A DNA stretch of 64,000 nucleotides from an uncultured delta proteobacterium (GCA_963816145.1 CAWFJP010000031.1:224001-288000), one strand, 5' to 3'; positions 10,203 through 20,617 are shown, counted from the first letter of the stretch. Notes: a model not told the origin generated them from the letters alone. Made by a program: numbers and translations.

Positions 10203-11423
10203 ATGAATCCTGCAAATTTTTTGACGGCGATCCGCGCCATGGGCAAAGAGCGCATCCGGCTCCTCGGGGTTCTCACCGCCGGCCATTTTGTCATTCACTG
10301 GTTCCAGCAGTTCTATCCGGTGATTTTGCCGGCGCTCAAGTCGGGATTGAATCTGACCAATGTCGAAGTCGGCGCACTGACTTCGGCCCAACAAGTCGTG
10401 GTTGGTCTCGGCCAGTTGCCCACGGGCATGGCCGCCGATTCGATGGTGCGCCATCGCGGCGCGATTCTCGCGTTGTCGCTGGTCTCCATGGGGGCGGCCT
10501 ATTTTCTTTTGGGCCTGCCGCTTTTCATCTGGGCATTGCTAGGCTCGGCTCTGATCGGCTTGGGCACGGCCCTTTGGCATCCCACCGCCGCGGCATCTTT
10601 GTCGAACAGTTTCCCGGAGCGGCGCGCCACCGCGCTCTCCATTCACGGCACCGGCGCGACGCTCAGTGACACGATCACACCGCTGTTGGTCGGCGTGCTG
10701 TTGGCAAATCTTTCGTGGCAGACGGCCGCGCAGGTGCAATTGCTGCCCGGGCTATTATTCGCGTTTCTGCTCTGGCGCGCCCTGGCTGGGGTATTTAGCG
10801 ACAGCAACGCTCCGCGCCAGCGCGTTTCGGCTCAATTTCGCGATGTCGCCGCCGTCGTCAAAAATCCGGCCTTCTTGGGATTGTCGGTTGCCACCGGTCT
10901 GCTTTCCATGTCGCGGCTGATCGTCCTGACTTTCTTGCCGATTTACCTGCAGGAGCATTTGCACTACTCGAGCGTCGCGCTGGGGATTTACATCGCCCTG
11001 CTGCACGCGCTGGGAACCATCTCGCAACCTATTTTGGGCCTGCTCTCCGACCGCTTCGGGCGCAAGGCGGTGCTGCTGCCCTCCTGTCTCTTGCTCGGAT
11101 TGTTTTTCGCTCTATTGGCCGTGGCGCCGCCCGGCATCCCGCTCGGCTTGGTGATCGTCGCCATCGGCCTGTTTTTCTACACGCTTTTTAATATCTTCAA
11201 TGCCGCGGTCATGGACGTTGCCGGCTCGCATGTCCAGGCGGCCACCTACGGGCTGACGTCGCTGATGACTCAACTCGCGGTCATTCCCGCGCCGATGATC
11301 ACTGGTTATTTGATCGGCGCATGGGGCATCAAGTTCGCCTTCGTTTTGGCGGGAGCGTTTCTGGTTATTGCCGGGTTGGTGCTTGCGCCCTTGCAGTTGT
11401 ATCGAGGGACGCAAAACTCGTAA
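10203..11423 (+). CDS. MFS transporter (FSR-like)
   Basis: About 12 hydrophobic segments, GHFVIH, GLLSDRFGRK motif. Confidence 0.88.
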   Translation: MNPANFLTAIRAMGKERIRLLGVLTAGHFVIHWFQQFYPVILPALKSGLNLTNVEVGALTSAQQVVVGLGQLPTGMAADSMVRHRGAILALSLVSMGAAYFLLGLPLFIWALLGSALIGLGTALWHPTAAASLSNSFPERRATALSIHGTGATLSDTITPLLVGVLLANLSWQTAAQVQLLPGLLFAFLLWRALAGVFSDSNAPRQRVSAQFRDVAAVVKNPAFLGLSVATGLLSMSRLIVLTFLPIYLQEHLHYSSVALGIYIALLHALGTISQPILGLLSDRFGRKAVLLPSCLLLGLFFALLAVAPPGIPLGLVIVAIGLFFYTLFNIFNAAVMDVAGSHVQAATYGLTSLMTQLAVIPAPMITGYLIGAWGIKFAFVLAGAFLVIAGLVLAPLQLYRGTQNS

Positions 11424-11471
11424 GGCATTTCTCGATCGCATCGCTGCGCGGTTTAACCGAGTGTCGATACG

Positions 11472-12108
11472 CTAGATATCTGGCGTCGAACTTTCTCGAG
11501 GTTGATCTAGTGAATATCCGCGAGGCGGCATGATGCCGCGCCCGGCGTATTCGAGGGTTCGGCGCAGATAAGTCAGGAATGAGCCGCTATAACGGTAGCG
11601 CCGGATGCAAGCATCGAGCTGTTTTTGCATTTCCTCCTCATAACCCCGCCACCGAGAGACGAGATAGTGCCGCTCGATCCAATCGTCGATCGTATATTTG
11701 AGAAGTTCCATAAGCTGCAGCCGAGCGAGCAGATTGCCGGTCTGCGCAAGTCGTACGAAACTAATGCCGATAATGTCTCTGATCCGTCTGTCGTTTTGGT
11801 CTGGTGCGGCGATGAATACGTACATTTTATCCCGGTACTTATCGACGTATGGTTTGAACTTGAGCGTGGTCTTCATACGGAATCGGCTTCTTCCCAATCC
11901 TTTGGGGTCTCCACAATCGCTGAAAGCGCCGGTCTAATGCGTAGGTAAGCCGATCCCAATCGATGCCGCCGTATTCACGGCGAACGTTTGCCCGGATGAA
12001 TCGATAGCAGCTCGGGGCGTTTCTCCGTATCCACGCGCTGTCGAATGTAGCGGGTTGTTTTCTTATTAGTAAGTCATTCAACGTCGCAACAGCCGTTGCA
12101 AAATCCAT
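11472..12108 (-). pseudogene. Frameshifted hypothetical protein with a sigma70 region-2-like C-terminal half
   Basis: ORF from ATG 12108 stops at 11839; removing one C near 11848 (ata c gtc) fuses it to the 11472 ORF, giving about 212 aa. C-part VRLAQTGNLLARLQLMELL...RRYRYSGSFLTYLRRTL. Confidence 0.5.
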
Positions 12109-12298
12109 GCTTTGACTCCGAGCTAGCTCATTGAAAAACAGCAAGTCTCATTACCTTTACTGGAGATCCTGAAAAGCGAACGGTGCGTGCCAAGCCGAGT
12201 TCGAAGGAACCGCGGCCACCGCGTTTGCGGGAAAGTTTAGAGCCTCAACTTTGAAACGTGATTGAAGTAAAATGCCTGCGCGACGCACCACAGGCTAT

Positions 12299-13600
12299 TT
12301 AGAAGCGCGCGTTGATCCATTTTTGCATGTAATCGAAGGTGTTTTTGACCGTGTTAGAATACTGCCCTGGCGTCGTCTCGCAAATCCTGCAAGGGCGAAT
12401 GCCGTGAGAAGCGCCCTCGATGATGATGTATTCCTTGTCCGCGCTGGCCGAGACCTCGTAGTGGATTTCGTTGTCGCGTAAAAAATAATGGCCGCCCATG
12501 CCGAGGATCAGGATCGGCACGGTGATCTTTTGCAAATGACAGGGCGTCGAGTTGTTGTTCGAGCAATAATCGATATCGTCGAGCGCATGTTTGGCGCGGA
12601 TCGCGCGGGTGCCGAGGAAAGATCTGACCGTCAGGAATTTCGAGCCATCGTAGAATGATTTGGCGCGCTCGGGGTTCTTGGTATCGGCGACGCGCACGCT
12701 TTTGACAATTTCGGTTACGATGGTGCCGTCGTTCTTCAGCAGCTTTTGCGGTTTGACCGTGCCGGGATGAATCGTCAAATCCATTTCCGACAGCCGGCCG
12801 GCCTCGCTCTTGTGGATGACGAAGGCGTCATCGTCCTTGTAAGAATATTTGCCGGCTTCGATGGCGCGCAGTTTTGCCAGGGCGGCGTCGACCAGCCGAT
12901 TCATGCGCGCCGCCTGGGCCTTGAAGTAGCGCTCTTGAAATTCCCGCGAGTAGGCGCTGGGTCCGGCCGCATTGAAACCGTTCTTTGGGCTAAACGGATC
13001 GAGCGCGGCGATGATCGGGTCCGGCCTATCGTCGCGCTGCACCGACGGATTGATCGAGCGCAATGTGTTGACGGCGGTGCCCGGATGGGCGTCGCGCAAG
13101 ATGATGCCGTCGGCCGGCGGCAGGCCGGCAAGTTCGTTGGTGCAAGGGATCAGTTTGTTTGCGCCCTGGCAAACCGACGGGCCATTTTGCGCGACGTTTT
13201 GATAGAAGGTCATCAACGGCGCGCCGCCGCTGCCACCGTAAAGCAGAATCTTCGACGCCTTCACAGTGTCTTTCAGATATTTGACGCCGGTGGCGACGTC
13301 GAGCGGCAGGTCGTTCCAATAATCCATCGCTTCGTTGTTGTCCGAGCGGCCGTTCATGCAGAGCACGTAATAGCCGCGCTTGACCAGCTCGGTGCAGGCG
13401 ATGTCGTTCAAGCGGTTGCCGTCTTCGTGCATGTTGACCACCGCGACCCGCGCTTTTACGCTCGCATCCGGCGTGTACAGCACGGCTTTGACGGTCGGAC
13501 TGAGTTGCAGATAGACCGGCGCGTTTTGCGGGAGAGCATCGCGCGCGAGAATCGCGCTGAAGGCGACCATTAAGGAGATTGGGCAAAACCATCGGCGCAT
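12299..13600 (-). CDS. Secreted alpha/beta-hydrolase fold protein
   Basis: Signal peptide MRRWFCPISLMVAFSAIL, nucleophile elbow YGGSGG, C-terminal IEGASH; start placed at 13600 after ggag RBS (the longer ORF overlaps the upstream gene). Confidence 0.8.
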   Translation of the reverse strand: MRRWFCPISLMVAFSAILARDALPQNAPVYLQLSPTVKAVLYTPDASVKARVAVVNMHEDGNRLNDIACTELVKRGYYVLCMNGRSDNNEAMDYWNDLPLDVATGVKYLKDTVKASKILLYGGSGGAPLMTFYQNVAQNGPSVCQGANKLIPCTNELAGLPPADGIILRDAHPGTAVNTLRSINPSVQRDDRPDPIIAALDPFSPKNGFNAAGPSAYSREFQERYFKAQAARMNRLVDAALAKLRAIEAGKYSYKDDDAFVIHKSEAGRLSEMDLTIHPGTVKPQKLLKNDGTIVTEIVKSVRVADTKNPERAKSFYDGSKFLTVRSFLGTRAIRAKHALDDIDYCSNNNSTPCHLQKITVPILILGMGGHYFLRDNEIHYEVSASADKEYIIIEGASHGIRPCRICETTPGQYSNTVKNTFDYMQKWINARF

Positions 13601-13637
13601 AACGAGCTCCTTCGATATAAAATTTAGCCCCCGAGCT

Positions 13638-14657
13638 TCAGCGAAAATAGCGCAACATCTCGGCGTTGTACTTGTTGTAGACGGCGCTCGACGCCGGCTT
13701 GATGACGAAGAGCTTGCGACCTTGCATGAGCCGCGGCGGGTTCGGCAGGACGTCCTTGCGCGCCGGGATGCGGCTGAGTTGGCGCATTGACGTTTGTCCT
13801 TCTTCGGAGAGAATGAAGTCGACGTAGAGCCGCGCCGCGGCGGGATGGGAATTCTTCGCGGTGACGGCGATGCCGATGGGATAGACGAACCAGGGGTCAA
13901 GCGGCACCCAGTCGATGGGCGCGCCGGTTTTTTTGAGCTCTTCGACGCCGGTCGGATACTGCGAGATCAATAATGGAAACTCGCCCGCCATCATCAGCTG
14001 GTTCATCAGCGAGCTGCCGATGCGCGAGTGAATTTTTTGCTTGCTGAGCGCCTCCATGTATTGCCGCCCCCTGTCCTCGCCCATCGACTGGAGCATGGCG
14101 AAGTACCATTCGGTATGGCTCAGGACAAAGCCCATTTTCTCTTTCCACTTCGGCTGCAGCAGCTCCTGATAACTGTTCGGCACTTCATCGGGCTTCAGCA
14201 TGCGCGAGTTGTAGGCCATGGTCACGGCGTTCAAGTAGGTCGCGTGCCAGATAGCCGTCCTTGTCGCGCAGTGCTTCGATATAATCCTTCGCGCTCCGGC
14301 GAGTAGTACTTGGCGAGCAGTCCTTTCTCCGACCAGGTTCATGATTGGAAACACGCTCGATTGATAAACGTCGGCAAGGTTGCTGTTGGTGCGCGCTTCG
14401 AGCAGGTAGCGTGTCAGAAGCGCGTCCTTTCCCGAGCTGTAGAACTCCATGTTGACGAAGGGATATTTTTTCTCGAAGGCGGCCTCCAGCGCTCTGGCAT
14501 CCGAAGCGTTGGAGGAGACGTAGACCATCACCTTGCCTTCTTTTTTCGCGTCCTCGATGAGTTTGGCCCGCTCTTTGGTTTGGGCTTGACCAACGCCAGG
14601 ATTTGTCAATGTAAGAGTAGCCAGTATGGCAAATCTCGCTGTGAGACCGATCTTCAT
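13638..14657 (-). CDS. Extracellular solute-binding protein (Fe3+/polyamine-type)
   Basis: AKKEGKVMVY, LLQPKWK, HPAAARLYVDFILSEEGQ; contains a locally frame-shifted stretch at 14250-14330. Confidence 0.85.
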   Translation of the reverse strand: MKIGLTARFAILATLTLTNPGVGQAQTKERAKLIEDAKKEGKVMVYVSSNASDARALEAAFEKKYPFVNMEFYSSGKDALLTRYLLEARTNSNLADVYQSSVFPIMNLVGERTARQVLLAGARRIISKHCATRTAIWHATYLNAVTMAYNSRMLKPDEVPNSYQELLQPKWKEKMGFVLSHTEWYFAMLQSMGEDRGRQYMEALSKQKIHSRIGSSLMNQLMMAGEFPLLISQYPTGVEELKKTGAPIDWVPLDPWFVYPIGIAVTAKNSHPAAARLYVDFILSEEGQTSMRQLSRIPARKDVLPNPPRLMQGRKLFVIKPASSAVYNKYNAEMLRYFR

Positions 14658-14748
14658 GGTTATTCCCTCCGAGCGCCGTTGAATAGTTCGATTAACTTGC
14701 CGGGCTGTCGCCAAACTAGGCAATGCCGGCCGGTTCGTCAATGCAAAA

Positions 14749-14975
14749 ATGGCCGGCGCGGATTCTCCCACGATTACGTTCCGTCGACTGCCGCGGCCCG
14801 ACTGCCTGGCCTTCGACAGCAGCCTTTGCGAAGCGTGCTGTCAGGTTTCCGTGCGTATCGCCGCAAATTGTTTGATGCCGTATCATTGGCATCATTTGTT
14901 GTGCCCACGAAGCGACGGCGAGCTATCGCAAGCCGATTATCGTTTGTGGTGAAACGATTCGGTCTGGAGTCCGAA
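14749..14975 (+). pseudogene. REP-associated / IS200-like HUH (Y1) tyrosine transposase remnant
   Basis: VRIAANCLMPYHWHHLLCPRSDGELS resembles the RAYT motif AYCLMPNHWHLLLWP; then jumps to a C-terminal-like VKRFGLES, so most of the gene is deleted. Confidence 0.7.
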
Positions 14976-15232
14976 GCAAACAGTGGAAAACTCGTAGCCC
15001 GGATTTGATGGCCGCCAATAAAGGGGTAAAAACCTCCAGAAACGGTGTTCGATGACATAGCGTAATAGCTTTAGCCCGGAGTTCAAGCGAGAAGCGAGAA
15101 ATTTGAATGCATCGAACTTTTCTTTAACCTCCGACGACCACATCAATCGCTGGATTATCAGAAGCCTATGAAGTATGACTTCGATAAAAGTGCTACCGAT
15201 TTAACTGTCCGCAAAAGTCGGGGTAGCTCACC

Positions 15233-18200
15233 ATGTCGAACGCCGACCTTATTCCCCAATCTGTTGATTGCCCCAAACCTCTAAGCATCCACCACATGCT
15301 GGAAATTCAGGCGGACCGAAGGGCCAGCGCTGTTGCCATTGCCGGGTTGGGAGATCGTCCGCTCTCCTTCCGTCAGCTTCTTTTACAAGTAGAGCAAGCG
15401 GCGAAAACACTAAACGCCCTGGGTATCGGCAGAAACGACCGGGTTGCGATGGTAAGTCCAAACGGACCGGAAATGGCTTCAGCCTTTCTCGCCTTATCCT
15501 CGGCCGCTACCTTTGCCCCGCTCAACCCGTCGTGTCGGACCAACGAATTTGAATTCTACCTCACGGATCTCGGTGCCAAGGCGTTGATTGTTCAATCCTC
15601 GGCGGACTCCGCCGCTATCGCAGTCGCTAGAAAACATTCCATTGCCATCATCGAATTGTCGCCATTGGTGGAAGGCGACACGAGGGGTTTTTCTATCCGA
15701 GGTGAAAAGCGGCCAGCCATATCCCAAGGTGGGTTTGCACAAGCAGACGATGTCGCGTTGATCCTCTACACTTCCGGCACAACCGCTAGGCCGAAAATGG
15801 TTCCTTTGACCCATTCCAACCTCTTGGCTTCTGCGGGCAACATTGCAGCCACTCTCCAGCTTAGTGAACTGGACCGCTGTCTGAACGTTATGCCGCTTTT
15901 TCACATCCATGGACTTGTCGGCGCCGTCCTTTCCTCGATCGTGGCGGGTTCCGAAGTGGTTTGCACCTCAGGCTTCGACCTCGAGCAATTTTTCCCTTGG
16001 GTGGCGGAGTTCCGTCCCACCTGGTACACGGCGGTTCCGACCATGCATCAAGCAATCCTAAAACGAGCCCATCGAGACGTCCTATTGGGCCATTCCCTGC
16101 GGTTGATCCGTTCATCGTCCGCCCCATTGCCGCCAACAGTCAAAACAGAACTAGAAGACCTCTTCAAAGTACCGGTCATTGAAGCTTACGGGATGACGGA
16201 AGCGTCCCACCAAATAGCGAGTAATCCACTACCCCCGCGCCAGCGCAAGGCGGGCTCCGTGGGTGTGGCGACCGGTTCGGAGATCGCCATTGTCGACGAG
16301 CAGGGCAAGTTTTTATCAGCGGGCCGGCCAGGGGAGATCCTCATCCGTGGCGCGAATATCACCCCGGGTTACGAGAACCATCCAGAGGCCAACAAAGAAG
16401 CCTTTACCGACGCGTGGTTCAGGACGGGCGACCAAGGCTATCTGGATGAAGACGGCTACCTTTTCATCACAGGTCGTCTCAAGGAAATAATCAATCGCGG
16501 TGGGGAAAAGATCGCTCCACGGGAAGTGGACGATGTGCTGATCGATCATCCTGCGGTTGCACAGGTTGTAACTTTCGCTGTTCCTCATCCGACTCTCGGT
16601 GAGGATGTGGCGTCCGCGATCGTTCTCCATGAGCGCGCATCGGCCACGGAAAGAGAAATTATCGAGTTTGCCGCCGAGCGACTTAGTGATTTCAAGGTGC
16701 CGCGTAAGATCTTCATCGTCGAAGAGATTCCTAAAGGCCCCACCGGAAAACTGTTTAGAGTGGGTCTGGCCGAGAAACTAATGAAGTCGCCCGATCATCC
16801 ACAGAACCTGCCAAAAGCAGAATACACCGCGTACCGCACGCCGTTAGAAAAGGCACTGGCTGGGATCTGGGCCGAGGTATTGCACCTGGAGCGGGTGGGC
16901 GCACAGGACAATTTTTTCTATCTGGGAGGCGATTCTATACTGGCCACTCTAGTGGTCTCTCGGGTGCGCCGAGTTTTGCACCTGGAGCTGCCCCTGATCA
17001 ACTTCTTTGAGAAACCCACCGTGGCGGAGATGGCCTTGAGCCTTGAGACTACCGGTCAGGCAGCACCAGCCCCGCAACCTCCAACTCTTGAGCCGATTTT
17101 CAGAGATAGAGAAATACCACTTTCTCATGGACAGGAGCGCATGTGGTTCATTGATCAACTTGAGAAAGGCACGTCGATTTACAATCGTCCGGTCTTTATT
17201 CGACTCGACGGCGACCTGAAAGTGCCAGTTCTTGAACAATGCCTCAATGAGATCATTAGCCGTCATGAAATCTTTAGGACCACCTTTCCAGCCGTGAACG
17301 GGCAACCGCTCCAGGTCATTTCCCCACTTCAGCCTCTGACCCTATCTGTGAGAGATATCAGTCGTTTGCCAGAAGGCGAGAGAGAAGGCGAAGTGCGACG
17401 TCAAGCTACCGATGAGACCGCGCTTTCATTCGATTTAGACCGAGGGCCGCTGATTCGGGCCGGATTGCTCCGCCTGGGCGAGCAGGAGCACATACTGTTC
17501 CTGACGATGCATCACATTATCTTTGACGGTTGGTCTGAGGGAATACTATTTCAGGAATTGTCCGTGCTCTACGACAGTTTCTCCGCAGGTCAATCGTCGC
17601 CGCTCTCGCCACTTCCTATACAGTATGCAGACTTCGCTGTCTGGCAAAGGCAGTGGCTTCAGGGAGAAGTATCTGACTCACAGCTGGCCTATTGGAAAAA
17701 GCAGCTTGCCGGCGCCTCGGTATTGGAGTTGCCCACGGATCATCCCAGGCCGCCCATTCAGACTTTCCGCGGATCGAAACAATGCTTTTTCGTGCCTAAG
17801 TCCCTGACCGAGCGGCTCAAGGCCCTCAGCCGTGAGGAAGGGACGACGCTGTTCATGACTCTACTTGCGGCCTTTCAGACCTTGCTGCATAGGTACACCG
17901 GAAAAGATGAGATCATTGTCGGCTCACCCGTTGCGGGCCGAAACCGGACTGACATCGAAGGTTTAATCGGGTTCTTCGTCAACACTTTGATCCTGCGCAC
18001 GGATTTTTGCGGTGATCCCAATTTTCGCGAGCTGCTGGGGCGGGTGCGCAAGGTAGCCCTGGACGCTTATGCCCATCAAGATCTGCCCTTTGAGAAATTA
18101 GTAGAGGAACTGCATCCGCAGCGTAATTCGAGCCACTCGCCTCTGTTTCAGGTGCTTTTCGTACTCCAGAATGCCCCAACGAGGGCTCTACGGCTTGCGG

Positions 18201-20395
18201 GACTAACGACGACTCCCCTGCATGCGGAGAGCGACACGGCAACATTTGATTTGAGTCTCTTGATGGTCGAGGAGGCAAACTCACTGAAAGGGACAATAGA
18301 GTACAATACCGATCTGTTTGACGAAGGCACCATCAGTCGGATGATTGGACACCTCCAGATTCTACTGGAGCATATCGTGACCGATCCCGGAACCCCCGTT
18401 TCGCGGATGGCACTATTGACTGGTTCCGAGCGGGATCGATTGCTCGGCGACTTGAATAACACCAACGGAGAATACCCCAAGGACAAGTGCATCCATCAAC
18501 TCTTCGAGGCTCAGGTAGAGCAAACACCGGAGGCTATCGCGGTGGTCTTCGAAGACCGGCAGCTAACCTATCGGGAGTTGAACGCCAGGGCCAATCGGCT
18601 GGCTTACGATCTCAAAAAACTCGGGGTCGGGCCGGAGATGCTGGTGGGCCTTTGCCTGGAGCGCTCCTGGGAAATTGTCGTTGGCATCTTAGGTGTGCTC
18701 AAAGCTGGCGGAGCCTACGTTCCAATGGACCCAGCGTATCCCAAAGAGCGACTCGCCTTCATGCTGGAGGATTCAGACATTCAGGTATTGTTGACACAAG
18801 AACGAGTGATTTCCCATTTACCGCCACATAATGCTCAAGTAGTCTGCCTGGATACGATAGATCCAGCGGCTGAGTGTGAAGCCTCTCAGGCGCCAACCAA
18901 CCCTGTCAACAGAATCACAGCGGATAACGCCGCCTACGTAATCTATACCTCCGGCTCGACCGGGAAACCTAAAGGCGTCTTGATCACTCATTACAACGTG
19001 ACTCGTTTGTTCCAGGCAACTCATTCCTGGTTCCACTTCGACCAGAATGATGTCTGGACAATGTTCCACTCCTATGCGTTCGACTTTTCAGTCTGGGAGA
19101 TTTGGGGATCGCTGCTTTATGGCGGACGCTTAGTGGTCGTGCCCTACTGGTGCAGTCGCTCGCCGGGAATGTTTTACAAACTTTTGAGCGAAGAAAAAGT
19201 GACGGTTTTGAACCAGACACCGTCGGCCTTCGGGCAACTGATTGAGATTGATAATAGCTCAATGAATTCACAGGATCTTGCGCTTCGACTCGTCCTCTTT
19301 GGTGGGGAGGCGCTGGATTTCCAAATTTTAAAGCCATGGTTCGATCGCCATGACGACCGGCATCCACAGTTGGTCAATATGTACGGCATCACAGAAACTG
19401 CGGTACACGTGACCTATCGCCCAATCACAAAAGAAGACCTATGCACGGGCAGGGGCAGCCTAATCGGTGTGCCGATACCCGATCTGCAACGATACGTGTT
19501 GGATCAAAGCCTGAATCCAGTGCCGATCGGGGTGCCCGGTGAACTCTATGTAGGCGGAGCCGGGTTAGGCCGAGGATATTTAAACCGCCCCGAACTGACG
19601 GCCGAGCGTTTCATTGCCAATCCGTTCCGTCCAGGAGCGGGAAACAGGCTCTATCGGTCGGGCGATCTAGTACGTTATCTTGCCAACGGGGACATGGAGT
19701 ATCGGGGTCGTGTTGATGGTCAGGTCAAGATCAGGGGTTTTAGGGTTGAGCTAGAAGAGATTGAGGCGGTACTGCGCCAGCACGCCGATGTGCGGCAGGT
19801 TGTGGTGATCTCACGCGGCGAGAAGCCGGCCGAGAAACGGCTAGTAGCCTATGTGGTTCCCGCTCGGCAGGCGCCCACGGTCAGTGAGTTAAACGGTTTC
19901 TTAAGGCAGAAGCTACCTGAGTACATGGTGCCTTCTGCCTTCATGCTCTTGGACACGCTGCCCCTTACTGCTAACGGCAAGATCGACCGCCGGAGCCTTC
20001 CGGTTCCCGATCAGAACCGACCGGAACAGGACAGTTCGTTCGTAGCACCCCGCACTCCAGTAGAAGAGTTACTAGCACGGATCTGGGGCGAGGTGCTCAA
20101 ACTCGAACAGGTGGGCGTACATGACAACTTCTTCGAGCTGGGCGGTCATTCACTATCACTCACTCAAGTTGCCTCTCGGATCCAACGGGACTTTCTGGTG
20201 TTACTACCGTTACGGTTTCTCTTTGATGCGCCGACGATCGCCGACCAGAGTGCGGCAATTGCCGCAGCTCAACTGGGGCAGGAAGACGCGGCTGAAGTGG
20301 CTCGAGTGCTGGAGGAGTTGAAACAACTCTCGCCGGATGAAGTGACGGCACTACTCGACGCGGAGTGTGGGTCAGGAATATCGGACGACAAATAA
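15233..20395 (+). CDS. Non-ribosomal peptide synthetase: oxalate-CoA-ligase-like adenylation domain, T, C, A (Thr-type), T; no thioesterase
   Basis: A1: YTSGTTARPK, PLFHIHGL, LIRSSSAPL, EAYGMTEASHQIASNPLP. T1: GGDSIL. C: MHHIIFDGWS. A2: FDFSVWEIW, VLNQTPS, VLFGGE, NMYGITETAVHVT. T2: GGHSL. Confidence 0.93.
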   Translation: MSNADLIPQSVDCPKPLSIHHMLEIQADRRASAVAIAGLGDRPLSFRQLLLQVEQAAKTLNALGIGRNDRVAMVSPNGPEMASAFLALSSAATFAPLNPSCRTNEFEFYLTDLGAKALIVQSSADSAAIAVARKHSIAIIELSPLVEGDTRGFSIRGEKRPAISQGGFAQADDVALILYTSGTTARPKMVPLTHSNLLASAGNIAATLQLSELDRCLNVMPLFHIHGLVGAVLSSIVAGSEVVCTSGFDLEQFFPWVAEFRPTWYTAVPTMHQAILKRAHRDVLLGHSLRLIRSSSAPLPPTVKTELEDLFKVPVIEAYGMTEASHQIASNPLPPRQRKAGSVGVATGSEIAIVDEQGKFLSAGRPGEILIRGANITPGYENHPEANKEAFTDAWFRTGDQGYLDEDGYLFITGRLKEIINRGGEKIAPREVDDVLIDHPAVAQVVTFAVPHPTLGEDVASAIVLHERASATEREIIEFAAERLSDFKVPRKIFIVEEIPKGPTGKLFRVGLAEKLMKSPDHPQNLPKAEYTAYRTPLEKALAGIWAEVLHLERVGAQDNFFYLGGDSILATLVVSRVRRVLHLELPLINFFEKPTVAEMALSLETTGQAAPAPQPPTLEPIFRDREIPLSHGQERMWFIDQLEKGTSIYNRPVFIRLDGDLKVPVLEQCLNEIISRHEIFRTTFPAVNGQPLQVISPLQPLTLSVRDISRLPEGEREGEVRRQATDETALSFDLDRGPLIRAGLLRLGEQEHILFLTMHHIIFDGWSEGILFQELSVLYDSFSAGQSSPLSPLPIQYADFAVWQRQWLQGEVSDSQLAYWKKQLAGASVLELPTDHPRPPIQTFRGSKQCFFVPKSLTERLKALSREEGTTLFMTLLAAFQTLLHRYTGKDEIIVGSPVAGRNRTDIEGLIGFFVNTLILRTDFCGDPNFRELLGRVRKVALDAYAHQDLPFEKLVEELHPQRNSSHSPLFQVLFVLQNAPTRALRLAGLTTTPLHAESDTATFDLSLLMVEEANSLKGTIEYNTDLFDEGTISRMIGHLQILLEHIVTDPGTPVSRMALLTGSERDRLLGDLNNTNGEYPKDKCIHQLFEAQVEQTPEAIAVVFEDRQLTYRELNARANRLAYDLKKLGVGPEMLVGLCLERSWEIVVGILGVLKAGGAYVPMDPAYPKERLAFMLEDSDIQVLLTQERVISHLPPHNAQVVCLDTIDPAAECEASQAPTNPVNRITADNAAYVIYTSGSTGKPKGVLITHYNVTRLFQATHSWFHFDQNDVWTMFHSYAFDFSVWEIWGSLLYGGRLVVVPYWCSRSPGMFYKLLSEEKVTVLNQTPSAFGQLIEIDNSSMNSQDLALRLVLFGGEALDFQILKPWFDRHDDRHPQLVNMYGITETAVHVTYRPITKEDLCTGRGSLIGVPIPDLQRYVLDQSLNPVPIGVPGELYVGGAGLGRGYLNRPELTAERFIANPFRPGAGNRLYRSGDLVRYLANGDMEYRGRVDGQVKIRGFRVELEEIEAVLRQHADVRQVVVISRGEKPAEKRLVAYVVPARQAPTVSELNGFLRQKLPEYMVPSAFMLLDTLPLTANGKIDRRSLPVPDQNRPEQDSSFVAPRTPVEELLARIWGEVLKLEQVGVHDNFFELGGHSLSLTQVASRIQRDFLVLLPLRFLFDAPTIADQSAAIAAAQLGQEDAAEVARVLEELKQLSPDEVTALLDAECGSGISDDK

Positions 20396-20617
20396 TGACG
20401 CCTTTTGGCCACGGTGCGTTGGCATTTTACCGCGGAAGATTTTTTCCGGTTGGGGGGTCTCATAGCCCGCGTCGTAGGACGCTGGTGGCGATGACTGCTC
20501 GATGTCAAGCGAGCGCCGGGGTTAAACCGTTGCCGTATGGTTCAAGGGCTGGCCGCGAACAGCTCAGGCAGATGTTTCAAATCTAATCCTGTCAAAACAA
20601 TGCCAGGACGATCTCCG

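Noticed and set aside
13601-13900. 533-aa version of the alpha/beta hydrolase
   Set aside because: The extension overlaps the SBP gene in another frame; RBS and signal peptide point to a start at 13600.
14937-15146. 69-aa minus-strand ORF at the island edge
   Set aside because: Might be another gene scar, but I cannot assign a family; no RBS or motif.
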